A stretch of DNA of 64,000 bases from an uncultured delta proteobacterium (GTDB taxonomy: Bacteria; Myxococcota; Myxococcia; Myxococcales; Anaeromyxobacteraceae): assembly GCA_963814585.1 (NCBI GenBank), contig CAWFDF010000004.1:192001-256000 (forward strand). Direction: 5' to 3'. Every line of letters starts with the position of its first letter. Within the stretch, counting starts at the first letter, position 1. Below the pieces are notes generated by a model that did no database searches, was not told where the DNA came from, and saw only the letters and a list, made by a program, of their open reading frames with translations. Below are positions 1 through 8,818 of this stretch, in pieces. The translations under genes and the position numbers were made by a program.

Positions 1-301
1 GCCGCCAGAAGGCCACCGCCGCCGCCAGCGGCGGCGTGAGCTGCAGCAGCGTGCCGCCGAGGATGGCGAGGAAGCGCCAGCCGAGGAGGCCGAAGAGCGG
101 GTGGCCGGCCTCGTGCACCACCAGGTCGAAGGCGTGGATGGCCGCGGCCAGGAAGCCGTCGGTCCGCTCGGAGCGGAGGAGGAGCGCCACTCCGGCCAGC
201 ACCACCGCCACCACCGCGCCGTGCGGAGGTGGGAAGGCGAGGAGCGCCTCGACCCCCCGCCGCGGGAGGCCGGGCATGGGCAGGTTCGCCTCGTCGATCA
301 T
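1..301 (-). CDS. membrane protein with HExxH motif (M50-like peptidase family), runs off the window edge
   Basis: Not in the ORF track; manual translation from ATG 301 (GGAGG upstream) gives MIDEANLPMPG...FDLVVHEAGHPLFGLLGWRFLAILGGTLLQL with hydrophobic segments. Confidence 0.65.
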   Translation of the reverse strand, partial: MIDEANLPMPGLPRRGVEALLAFPPPHGAVVAVVLAGVALLLRSERTDGFLAAAIHAFDLVVHEAGHPLFGLLGWRFLAILGGTLLQLTPPLAAAVAFWR

Positions 302-471
302 GCCCTCCACACATACGCCCACCGCCCCCAAGGTCGAAGCATTCCTTCCAGGTCCCTGTCCCGGGCCGGACTCCCGCCACACCCCTCCTCGTGGTGAGCC
401 GCCAGCGGATTCGTGGCACGGCCCCCGCATCGAGGGTTGCGCCTGGCCCGTCGCGCGAGAAGATGGGACGC

Positions 472-1071
472 ATGGCCCAGTCCACCCCGATCTCCGCGAG
501 CCTCGCACCCGGGCTGCTGGTCGCCTCGCCGACCCTGGGCGATCCCAACTTCGACGGCTCGGTGATCCTGATGGCGGAGCACCACGCCGAGGGCGCGCTC
601 GGCTTCGTGGTCAACCGCCCCGGCCCCATCGCCGTGGCCGAGGTGCTGCGCGGCCTCGATCCGGGGCTGGCGGCCGACGCCATCCGCCACGGGCGCGCCG
701 GCGGCCACGTGCTGGTCGGCGGGCCGGTCCAGCCCGAGCGGCTCTGGATCCTCTACCGGCCCGGCCAGGTCCCGGCCGAGGACGACGCCACCCTGGTGGG
801 CAGCGGCCTGGCGCTGGGAGGCTCCCGCGAGCTGCTCGAGGCGCTGGTCCGGACCCCGGACGGGGGCCCCTTCCTGCTCCTGCTCGGCTACGCCGGCTGG
901 GCGCCCATGCAGGTGGAGCACGAGGTGGTCGGGGGCGCCTGGCTCCCGCTGCCGCTCCAGGAGGACCTGGTCTTCGACGTCCCGCACGGCGAGCGCTGGG
1001 ACGAGGCGGTGCGGCGGCTCGGGCTGGAGCCCGGTGGCTTCATGGTGGCGGGTGGCGGCGCGAAGGCCTGA
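472..1071 (+). CDS. YqgE/AlgH family protein (DUF179)
   Basis: LLVASPTLGDPNFDGSVIL, GALGFVVNRP, GGPV and LGYAGW motifs; start trimmed from ORF 229..1071. Confidence 0.9.
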   Translation: MAQSTPISASLAPGLLVASPTLGDPNFDGSVILMAEHHAEGALGFVVNRPGPIAVAEVLRGLDPGLAADAIRHGRAGGHVLVGGPVQPERLWILYRPGQVPAEDDATLVGSGLALGGSRELLEALVRTPDGGPFLLLLGYAGWAPMQVEHEVVGGAWLPLPLQEDLVFDVPHGERWDEAVRRLGLEPGGFMVAGGGAKA

Positions 1072-1107
1072 CCCGAGGGCCATCACGACGCGCCCCGGCT
1101 GGACCTT

Positions 1108-1288
1108 TAGTGCCCCGACCCAGGCAAGATGCCTACTGCGAGAGCCGATCCTCTCGCTGCGGCAGGCGGCCTCGTCGGTCCGCTGCTCAACGTAGCGCTG
1201 CTACGCTTCCGCTGCTCCCTCCTCGGGCGCCAGCCTCGCTTCGGTCTCGGCTCTCTCGTCACGTCATCTTGCCTGGGTCGGGGCACTA
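1108..1288. mobile_element. 181-bp MITE-like non-autonomous element with perfect 24-bp terminal inverted repeats and a fold-back interior
   Basis: TAGTGCCCCGACCCAGGCAAGATG (1108-1131) is the exact reverse complement of 1265-1288; inner stems GAGAGCCGA/TCGGCTCTC and CGTAGC-GCT-GCTACG; TA at both ends; no credible ORF. Confidence 0.8.
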
Positions 1289-1315
1289 GTCTAGACAGGT
1301 TGGTCGATCTACGCT
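1287..1315 (+). promoter_or_regulatory. hutH promoter overlapping a candidate HutC operator
   Basis: GTCTAGACA palindromic core (1289-1297) resembles the HutC box TGTA-N2-TACA; -35 TAGTCT (1287-1292), 17-nt spacer, -10 TACGCT (1310-1315), ATG 6 nt later. Confidence 0.65.
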
Positions 1316-1321
1316 GGGCGC

Positions 1322-2845
1322 ATGGTCCTCGTCCCCGGCCGGCTGACCCTCGCCCAGCTGCGCTCGCTCGCACGCGGCCGCCAGCCGGTCACGCTCGACC
1401 CGGCCGCCTGGCCGGTCCTCGAGGCCGGCGCGGCGGCCGTCGAGGCCATCGTCCGCCGCGGCGAGCCGGCCTACGGGATCAACACCGGCTTCGGGCGCCT
1501 CGCCTCCACGCACATCCCCGATTCCCAGCTCGAGCTGCTGCAGCGCAACCTGGTGCTCTCGCACGCCGTCGGCGTGGGCCGGCCGCTGGCGGCGCCGGTG
1601 GTCCGGCTCGTCATCGCGCTCAAGGTGGCCAGCCTGGCGCGCGGCCACTCCGGCGTGCGGCGCGTGGTCGTCGAGGCCCTCCTCAAGCTGCTCGAGGCCG
1701 GGGTGCTCCCGGTCATCCCGGAGAAGGGCTCGGTGGGCGCCTCGGGCGACCTGGCGCCGCTGGCCCACCTCGCCGTGGCGCTGCTCGGCATCGGCGAGGT
1801 CTCCGTCGGCGAGGAGCGGCTGCCGGCCACCGAGGGGCTGAGGCGGGCCGGGCTGTCGCCGCTCACGCTGGCCGCCAAGGAGGGCCTGGCGCTGCTCAAC
1901 GGCACGCAGGTCTCCACCGCGCTGGCGCTCCTCCACCTCTTCGAGATCGAGGACCTGCTGCGGACGGCCCTGGTCTCGGGCGCGCTCTCGGTGGACGCCG
2001 CCGCCGGCTCGGTGAAGCCGTTCGACGCCCGCATCCACGCCCTGCGCGGCCAGCCCGGGCAGATCGAGGCGGCCGCCGCCTACCGGGCGCTGCTGGAGGG
2101 CTCCGAGATCAACGTCAGCCACCGCGACTGCGGCAAGGTGCAGGATCCGTACAGCCTGCGCTGCCAGCCGCAGGTGATGGGGGCCTGCCTCGACCAGGCC
2201 CGCCACGCCGCGGCGGTGCTGGCGCGCGAGGCCAACGGCGTCACCGACAACCCGCTGCTCTTCCCCGACACGCTGGAGGTGCTCTCCGGCGGCAACTTCC
2301 ACGCCGAGCCGGTGGCCTTCGCCGCCGACAACCTGGCGCTGGCGGTGGCCGAGATCGGGGCCCTGGCGGAGCGGCGCATCGCCCTGCTCATCGACGCCAC
2401 GCTCTCCGGCCTGCCGCCGTTCCTGGTCCGGGACGGGGGCGTCAACTCCGGCTTCATGATCGCCCACGTCACCGCCGCGGCGCTGGCCTCGGAGAACAAG
2501 TCCCTGGCCCACCCGGCCTCGGTCGACTCGCTCCCCACCTCGGCCAACCAGGAGGACCACGTCTCCATGGCCACCTTCGCGGCGCGCCGGCTGGGCGACA
2601 TGGCCGACAACACCGCCGGCATCCTCGCCATCGAGCTGCTGGCGGCGGCCCAGGGGGTGGACCTGCGCGCCCCCAGCGCCACCAGCCCGCGGCTGCGCGC
2701 GGTGATGGCGCTGATCAGGGAGCGGGTGGCCCACTACGACCTCGACCACTACTTCGCGCCGGACATCGCCGCCGTCCAGGAGCTGGTGCAGTCGGCGGCG
2801 ATCGCCGCCCACGCGCCGCTGGCGCTGGCCTCCCTGGAGACCTGA
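1322..2845 (+). CDS. hutH: histidine ammonia-lyase
   Basis: [11 protein letters not shown]-forming [30 protein letters not shown]. Confidence 0.97.
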   Translation: MVLVPGRLTLAQLRSLARGRQPVTLDPAAWPVLEAGAAAVEAIVRRGEPAYGINTGFGRLASTHIPDSQLELLQRNLVLSHAVGVGRPLAAPVVRLVIALKVASLARGHSGVRRVVVEALLKLLEAGVLPVIPEKGSVGASGDLAPLAHLAVALLGIGEVSVGEERLPATEGLRRAGLSPLTLAAKEGLALLNGTQVSTALALLHLFEIEDLLRTALVSGALSVDAAAGSVKPFDARIHALRGQPGQIEAAAAYRALLEGSEINVSHRDCGKVQDPYSLRCQPQVMGACLDQARHAAAVLAREANGVTDNPLLFPDTLEVLSGGNFHAEPVAFAADNLALAVAEIGALAERRIALLIDATLSGLPPFLVRDGGVNSGFMIAHVTAAALASENKSLAHPASVDSLPTSANQEDHVSMATFAARRLGDMADNTAGILAIELLAAAQGVDLRAPSATSPRLRAVMALIRERVAHYDLDHYFAPDIAAVQELVQSAAIAAHAPLALASLET

Positions 2846-3540
2846 TGGAAGTCCCCGCCTACCAGCGCATCAAGGCCTGGCTGCTCTCCCGCATCGAGGC
2901 CGGCGAGTGGCGCGAGGGGGATCGCATCCCCTCCGAGCCCGAGCTGGCGCGCCGCTTCAAGGTGGCGCGCATGACCGTCAACCGCGCGGTGCGCGAGCTG
3001 GCCGGCGCGCACCTGCTGGTCCGCACGCCGGGGAGCGGCACCTTCGTCGCCCCGCCCCGCCACGAGTCGACGCTGGTGGAGATCCGCCCGATCTCCGACG
3101 AGATCCGGCGGCGCGGCGGGAGCCACTCGGCCGAGGTGCGGCGCCTCGACGAGCTCCGGGCCGGCAAGGCCCTGGCCGGGGAGCTGGACCTCGCCGAGGG
3201 CGAGGTGGTCTTCCACTCGGTCGTGCTCCACCGCGCCGACGGCATCCCGGTCCAGGTCGAGGAGCGCTGGGTGGTCCCGGCCGCCGCCCCCGACTACCTG
3301 CGGCAGGACTTCACCGGCACCACGCCCAGCGAGTACCTGATGCGGGTGGCGCCGCTGGCGCGCGTCGACTACCGGATCGAGGCCAGCCAGCCCGACGAGG
3401 CCACCCGCGCCGCGCTGGCCCTGGCCCCTGGCGAGCCCTGCCTGCTGCTCCACCGCCTCACCTTCTCGGGCGGCCGCCCCGCCGGGGTCGCGGACCTCTG
3501 GCACCCGGGCAGCCGTTACCGGCTCACCGGTCACCTGTAG
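2845..3540 (+). CDS. hutC: histidine utilisation repressor (GntR HTH + UTRA)
   Basis: TGATG overlap with hut[42 protein letters not shown]; operon context. Confidence 0.93.
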   Translation: MEVPAYQRIKAWLLSRIEAGEWREGDRIPSEPELARRFKVARMTVNRAVRELAGAHLLVRTPGSGTFVAPPRHESTLVEIRPISDEIRRRGGSHSAEVRRLDELRAGKALAGELDLAEGEVVFHSVVLHRADGIPVQVEERWVVPAAAPDYLRQDFTGTTPSEYLMRVAPLARVDYRIEASQPDEATRAALALAPGEPCLLLHRLTFSGGRPAGVADLWHPGSRYRLTGHL

Positions 3541-3554
3541 GGGGAGGCTCGCCC

Positions 3555-5246
3555 ATGGACCGCCGCCACGATCCCGCCCGCGTCGTCCGCGCGCCTCGCG
3601 GGACCACGCTCGCCTGCCGCGGCTGGCTCACCGAGGCGGCCTTCCGGATGCTGCAGAACAACCTCGATCCCGAGGTGGCCGAGCACCCGCAGTCGCTGGT
3701 GGTCTACGGCGGCATCGGCCGGGCGGCCCGCGACTGGCCGTGCTTCGACGCCATCCTGGCCACCCTGAGGCGACTCGGCGACGACGAGACCCTGCTGGTC
3801 CAGAGCGGCAAGCCGGTGGGCGTCTTCACCACCCACCCCGACGCACCGCGCGTGCTGCTGGCCAGCTCCAACCTGGTGCCGCGCTGGGCCACCTGGGAGC
3901 ACTTCGACGAGCTCGATCGCAAGGGCCTGATGATGTACGGCCAGATGACGGCCGGCTCCTGGATCTACATCGGCAGCCAGGGGATCGTGCAGGGGACCTA
4001 CGAGACCTTCTTCGCGGTCGCCAGCCAGCACTTCGGCGGCCAGCCGGGCGGGCGCTGGATCCTCACCGGCGGCCTCGGTGGCATGGGCGGGGCCCAGCCG
4101 CTCGCCGCCACCATGGCCGGCTTCTCGATGATCGCGGTCGAGTGCGACCCGACCCGGATCGAGCGGCGGCTCGCCACCCGCTACCTCGACCGCCGCGCCG
4201 GCACGCTCGACGAGGCGCTGGCGGCGCTCGCCGGGGCGAAGGCCGCCGGGCGGCCGGTCTCGGTGGGCCTGCTCGGCAATGCCGCCGACGTCTTCGCCGA
4301 GCTGGTGCGGCGCGGGATCACCCCCGACGTCGTCACCGACCAGACCAGCGCCCATGATCCGGTCCGCGGGTACCTGCCGCAGGGCTGGACGCTGGTGCGC
4401 TGGCGCGCCGCCCAGCAGGACGACCCGGCCTCCATCGTCGGGCCGGCCCGGGCCTCGATGGCGGCGCAGGTGCGCGCCATGCTGGAGCTGCAGCGGCGCG
4501 GCGCCGCCACCTTCGACTACGGCAACAACCTGCGCCAGCAGGCCCGGGAGGCCGGCGTGGCCGATGCCTTCGCCTTCCCCGGCTTCGTCCCGGCCTACAT
4601 CCGGCCGCTCTTCTGCCAGGGGCTGGGGCCGTTCCGCTGGGTGGCCCTCTCCGGCGACCCCGAGGACATCCACCGCACCGACGAGAAGGTGAAGGCCCTG
4701 CTCCCCGGCGACCGGCACCTGCACCGCTGGCTCGACCTGGCGCGGGAGCGGATCGCCTTCCAGGGGTTGCCGGCGCGGATCTGCTGGGTGGGGGTGAAGG
4801 ACCGCGTCCGGCTCGGCCTGGCCTTCAACCAGATGGTGGCGAGCGGGGAGCTCGCCGCCCCCATCGTCATCGGCCGCGATCACCTCGACACCGGCTCGGT
4901 GGCCTCGCCCAACCGCGAGACCGAGGCCATGCTCGACGGGTCCGATGCGGTGAGCGACTGGCCGCTGCTCAACGCCCTGCTCAACACCGCGGGGGGCGCC
5001 ACCTGGGTCTCCATCCACCACGGCGGCGGCGTCGGCATGGGCTTCTCGCAGCACGCCGGCATGGTGATCGTCGCCGACGGCACGGAGGCGGCGGCGCGGC
5101 GGCTCGCCCGCGTGCTCTGGAACGACCCGGCCACCGGCGTGATGCGCCACGCCGACGCCGGCTACCCCCTGGCCCTCGAGACGGCGCGCGAGGCCGGGCT
5201 CGACCTCCCCATGCTGGGGCCCGGAAGCACGACCCGGGGACCGTGA
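3555..5246 (+). CDS. hutU: urocanate hydratase
   Basis: [58 protein letters not shown] upstream. Confidence 0.97.
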   Translation: MDRRHDPARVVRAPRGTTLACRGWLTEAAFRMLQNNLDPEVAEHPQSLVVYGGIGRAARDWPCFDAILATLRRLGDDETLLVQSGKPVGVFTTHPDAPRVLLASSNLVPRWATWEHFDELDRKGLMMYGQMTAGSWIYIGSQGIVQGTYETFFAVASQHFGGQPGGRWILTGGLGGMGGAQPLAATMAGFSMIAVECDPTRIERRLATRYLDRRAGTLDEALAALAGAKAAGRPVSVGLLGNAADVFAELVRRGITPDVVTDQTSAHDPVRGYLPQGWTLVRWRAAQQDDPASIVGPARASMAAQVRAMLELQRRGAATFDYGNNLRQQAREAGVADAFAFPGFVPAYIRPLFCQGLGPFRWVALSGDPEDIHRTDEKVKALLPGDRHLHRWLDLARERIAFQGLPARICWVGVKDRVRLGLAFNQMVASGELAAPIVIGRDHLDTGSVASPNRETEAMLDGSDAVSDWPLLNALLNTAGGATWVSIHHGGGVGMGFSQHAGMVIVADGTEAAARRLARVLWNDPATGVMRHADAGYPLALETAREAGLDLPMLGPGSTTRGP

Positions 5247-6499
5247 CTCCCGTGAGCGCCGCTCGACTCGCCGCCCCGACCTGGGACCTGCTGGTGCGCC
5301 GGGCCCGGCTGGCCACCATGGTCCCGGGCTCGCCGTACGGCGAGCTGGCGAGCGGGGCCCTGGCGGCGCGCGACGGCCGCCTCGCCTTCGTCGGACCGGA
5401 CGCCGAGCTGCCGGCCGGCGCCACCGCCGCGCTCGAGCTGGACGCGGAGGGCCGGCTGCTCACGCCCGGGCTCATCGACGCCCACACCCACCTGGTCCAC
5501 GCCGGCCACCGGGCCGCCGAGTTCGAGCGGCGGCTGGCTGGCGCCAGCTACGAGGAGATCGCCAGGGCCGGCGGGGGCATCCGCGCCACCGTCGCGGCCA
5601 CCCGCGCCGCCGACGAGGCCACGCTGCTGCGGCAGAGCCGGCCCCGGCTCGCGGCGCTGCTCGCCGACGGCGTCACCACCGTGGAGGTGAAGAGCGGCTA
5701 CGGGCTCGACCTCGACACCGAGCTGAGGCAGCTGCGGGTGGCGCGGCGGCTCGGCGAGCTGCTGCCGGTCACGGTCCGCGCCACCTTCCTCGGCGCCCAC
5801 GCCGTGCCGGCCGAGCTCGAGGGGCGTCCCGACGCCTGGCTCGACCTGGTCATCGGCGAGGTGCTGCCGGCGGTGGTCGCGGCGGGCCTGGCCGACGCGG
5901 TCGACGCCTACTGCGAGCGAGGGGCGTTCAGCCCGGCGCAGGTGGAGCGACTCTTCGCGGCCGCGGCGAGCCACGGGCTCCCGGTGAAGCTGCACGCCGA
6001 GCAGCGCTCCGACTCCGGAGGGGCGGCGCTGGCCGCCCGCCACCGGGCCCTCTCCGCCGACCACCTCGAGCACCTCTCGGGCGCGGGGGTGTCGGCCATG
6101 GCCGGCGCCGGCACCGTCGCCGTGCTGTTGCCGGGCGCCTACCTCCACCTGCGCGAGGCGCGGCCGCCGCCGGTCGAGGCCCTGCGCGCCGCCGGCGTCC
6201 CCATGGCGGTCGCCACCGACTGCAACCCCGGCACCTCGCCGCTCGCCTCGCTCACCACGGCCATGAACCTCGCCTGCACCCTCTTCGGCCTCACGCCGGC
6301 CGAGGCGCTGGCCGGCGCCACCCGCCACGCCGCCCGCGCGCTGGGGCTCGCGGACCGCGGCATGCTCTCGGTGGGGCTGCGCGCCGACCTCGCCCTCTGG
6401 GACGCCGACCACCCGGCCGAGCTGGCGGCCCGGCTCGGCCCGTCGTCCCTCGCCACCCGCTTCGTCGCCGGGAGACCCGACCATGCACCAGCCCGCTGA
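5243..6499 (+). CDS. hutI: imidazolonepropionase
   Basis: [40 protein letters not shown] overlap with hutU. Confidence 0.95.
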   Translation: MTPVSAARLAAPTWDLLVRRARLATMVPGSPYGELASGALAARDGRLAFVGPDAELPAGATAALELDAEGRLLTPGLIDAHTHLVHAGHRAAEFERRLAGASYEEIARAGGGIRATVAATRAADEATLLRQSRPRLAALLADGVTTVEVKSGYGLDLDTELRQLRVARRLGELLPVTVRATFLGAHAVPAELEGRPDAWLDLVIGEVLPAVVAAGLADAVDAYCERGAFSPAQVERLFAAAASHGLPVKLHAEQRSDSGGAALAARHRALSADHLEHLSGAGVSAMAGAGTVAVLLPGAYLHLREARPPPVEALRAAGVPMAVATDCNPGTSPLASLTTAMNLACTLFGLTPAEALAGATRHAARALGLADRGMLSVGLRADLALWDADHPAELAARLGPSSLATRFVAGRPDHAPAR

Positions 6500-7430
6500 C
6501 CTCGCCCTCTGGACCGGCCGCGTCGACGCCGAGGAGGGGCCGCGCGCGCTCCGCTGGCACCAGGCGATCCGGCCGCTGCCCGGCGGCGCCGCGCCCGGCA
6601 TGGCCCTGCTCGGCTTCGCCTGCGACGCCGGGGTGGCGCGCAACCACGGCCGGCCCGGGGCCGCCGGTGGACCGGCCGCGCTCCGCCGCGCCCTGGCGAG
6701 TCTCGCCTGGCACCGGACCGCACCGGCCTGGGACGCCGGCGACGTGGTGGTGGGCGGCGACCGGCTGGAGGACGGGCAGCTCGAGCTGGCCGGCGCGGTG
6801 ACGAGGCTGCTCGACGCCGGCCACCGGCCGGTGGTGGTGGGCGGCGGCCACGAGGTGGCGTACGGCAGCTTCACCGGCCTCGCCGACCACCTGGCGCGCC
6901 AGGCCGGCGCGCGGGCGCCGGCCATCGGCGTGGTCAACCTCGACGCCCACCTCGACCTGCGGGCTGGCCGCGCCAGCTCGGGGACGCCCTTCCGGCAGAT
7001 CGCCGAGTCCTGCGCGACGCGCCGCTGGCCCTTTCGCTACCTCTGCCTGGGCGTCGACGAGGGCGCCAACACCGCGGCGCTCCTCGACACCGCCCGCCGG
7101 CTCGGCGCGACCTGGCGGCGGGACCGGGCCCTCACGCCGGCGCGGCTCGACGAGGCCACCGCGGAGCTGGCGGCCTTCCTCGCCACCGTGGAGCGGGTCC
7201 ACCTGACCGTCGATCTCGACGTCCTGCCGGCCGCGGTCGCGCCCGGCGTCTCGGCGCCTGCGCCGCGGGGCGTGGCGCTCGAGGTCGTCGAGGCCCTGGT
7301 GGACACGGTGCTGGCCAGCGGCAAGCTGGCCCTGGGCGAGGTGGCCGAGCTCAGCCCGGTCCAGGACCCCGACGGCCGCACCGCCCGGGTGGCGGCGCGC
7401 CTGGTGGAGCAGCTGGGACGCGAGCGGTAG
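6483..7430 (+). CDS. hutG: formimidoylglutamase (arginase/ureohydrolase family)
   Basis: [36 protein letters not shown]. Confidence 0.93.
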   Translation: MHQPADLALWTGRVDAEEGPRALRWHQAIRPLPGGAAPGMALLGFACDAGVARNHGRPGAAGGPAALRRALASLAWHRTAPAWDAGDVVVGGDRLEDGQLELAGAVTRLLDAGHRPVVVGGGHEVAYGSFTGLADHLARQAGARAPAIGVVNLDAHLDLRAGRASSGTPFRQIAESCATRRWPFRYLCLGVDEGANTAALLDTARRLGATWRRDRALTPARLDEATAELAAFLATVERVHLTVDLDVLPAAVAPGVSAPAPRGVALEVVEALVDTVLASGKLALGEVAELSPVQDPDGRTARVAARLVEQLGRER

Positions 7431-7564
7431 GACCGCGCTGGCGCCAGCCCGGAACCCCCATCCGGGGGGCCCACGAACCCCGCACCTCGGCCTCAATTGC
7501 GCCTATTGTCCCCTGTTCCGTGGCCAGCGCACCGGCAGACGGGCCTTCCCTCCTCGGAGCTCAC

Positions 7565-8803
7565 ATGACTCTCGCCACTCGCACCTCCGCGCTCACGCTG
7601 GTCGCCCTCCTCGCCGCCTGCGGGAAGAAGGAGGCGGCCCCCGTCGCCAGGCCGCCGCCCGAGGTGACCGTGGTGACCGCGGTCCAGCGCGACGTCCCCA
7701 TCGGCGGCGAGCTGGTGGCCACGCTCCACGGCGACCAGGACATCGAGCTGCGGGCCCGCGTCGAGGGCTACCTGAAGGCCATCGGCTACAAGGAGGGGTC
7801 CGAGGTGAAGAAGGGGCAGCTGCTCTTCACCATCGACGACCAGCCCTACCAGGCGGCCCTGGCCCAGGCCAGGGGGGCCGAGGCCCGGGCCAAGGCGGCC
7901 TTCGCCAAGGCCGACCTCGACGTGAACCGCTTCACGCCGCTGGTCGCGCAGCGCGCCATCAGCCAGGCCGAGCTCGACAACGCGCTGGCGGCCCGCGACT
8001 CCGCCAAGGCGGCCTTGCAGGCGGCGCAGGCCGACAGCGAGAAGGCCCGGCTCGACGTCTCCTACGCCCGCATCACCTCGCCGGTGGACGGCGTCGCCGG
8101 CAAGGCCGAGCGGAAGGTGGGTGACCTGGTGGGCAAGGGGGAGGCCACGCTGCTCACCACCGTCTCGGTCCTCGATCCCATCCGCGCCACCGTCAACCTC
8201 CCCGAGGCCCTCTTCCTCAAGTACGCCGACCGGCTGGCCGGCATCGAGGCCAGCGCCAAGCTGCCTCCCAGCCCGGAGGGGCCCCAGCTGCAACTCTCCG
8301 ACGGCTCGATCCACCCGGTGCGCGGCCGGCTGGTGCTGGTCGATCGCGCCGTCGATTCGACCACCGGCACCCTCCGCGCCGAGATCGCCTTCGCCAACCC
8401 GAAGCGGACGCTCCGCCCCGGCCTGTACGGCAAGGTGCTCTTCAAGAGCGCCCAGCTCACCGGCGCCGTGCTGGTGCCGCAGAAGGCGGTGACCGAGCTG
8501 CAGGGGACCTACTCGGTGCTGGTGGTCGGCGCCGACGACGTGGTCCACCAGAAGCCGGTCAAGCCCGGCCCGCGCGCCGGCGAGCTGTGGGTCATGGAGT
8601 CGGGGGTGGCCGCCGGCGAGCGGGTGGTGGTGGCCGGGTTCCTGGGGTTGAAGGAGGGCGTGAAGGTCAAGGCCGTGGAGGAGCCCGCCGCGCCGGTCCC
8701 GCCCTCCGCCGCGACCAACGCCGTGGCGCCTCCCGTCCCGGCTCCCGCCGCCCAGACCAACGCCGCGGCGCCGCCGGCGCCCGCACCCGCACCCGCCAGG
8801 TAG
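7565..8803 (+). CDS. RND efflux periplasmic adaptor (membrane fusion lipoprotein)
   Basis: Lipobox LAAC, RARVEGYL, ITSPVDG, VDSTTGT, LRPGLY; Pro/Ala-rich tail. Confidence 0.93.
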   Translation: MTLATRTSALTLVALLAACGKKEAAPVARPPPEVTVVTAVQRDVPIGGELVATLHGDQDIELRARVEGYLKAIGYKEGSEVKKGQLLFTIDDQPYQAALAQARGAEARAKAAFAKADLDVNRFTPLVAQRAISQAELDNALAARDSAKAALQAAQADSEKARLDVSYARITSPVDGVAGKAERKVGDLVGKGEATLLTTVSVLDPIRATVNLPEALFLKYADRLAGIEASAKLPPSPEGPQLQLSDGSIHPVRGRLVLVDRAVDSTTGTLRAEIAFANPKRTLRPGLYGKVLFKSAQLTGAVLVPQKAVTELQGTYSVLVVGADDVVHQKPVKPGPRAGELWVMESGVAAGERVVVAGFLGLKEGVKVKAVEEPAAPVPPSAATNAVAPPVPAPAAQTNAAAPPAPAPAPAR

Positions 8804-8818
8804 CCTCCAGGAGCCGAC

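Noticed and set aside
414..429. sigma54-like TGGCACG-GCCC-CCGCA upstream of the YqgE gene
   Set aside because: Spacing is right but the -12 lacks TTGC and no enhancer is evident; too weak in a GC-rich context
1108..1288. Retron msr-msd (msDNA) interpretation of the fold-back element
   Set aside because: No adjacent reverse transcriptase; a related copy occurs in an unrelated locus
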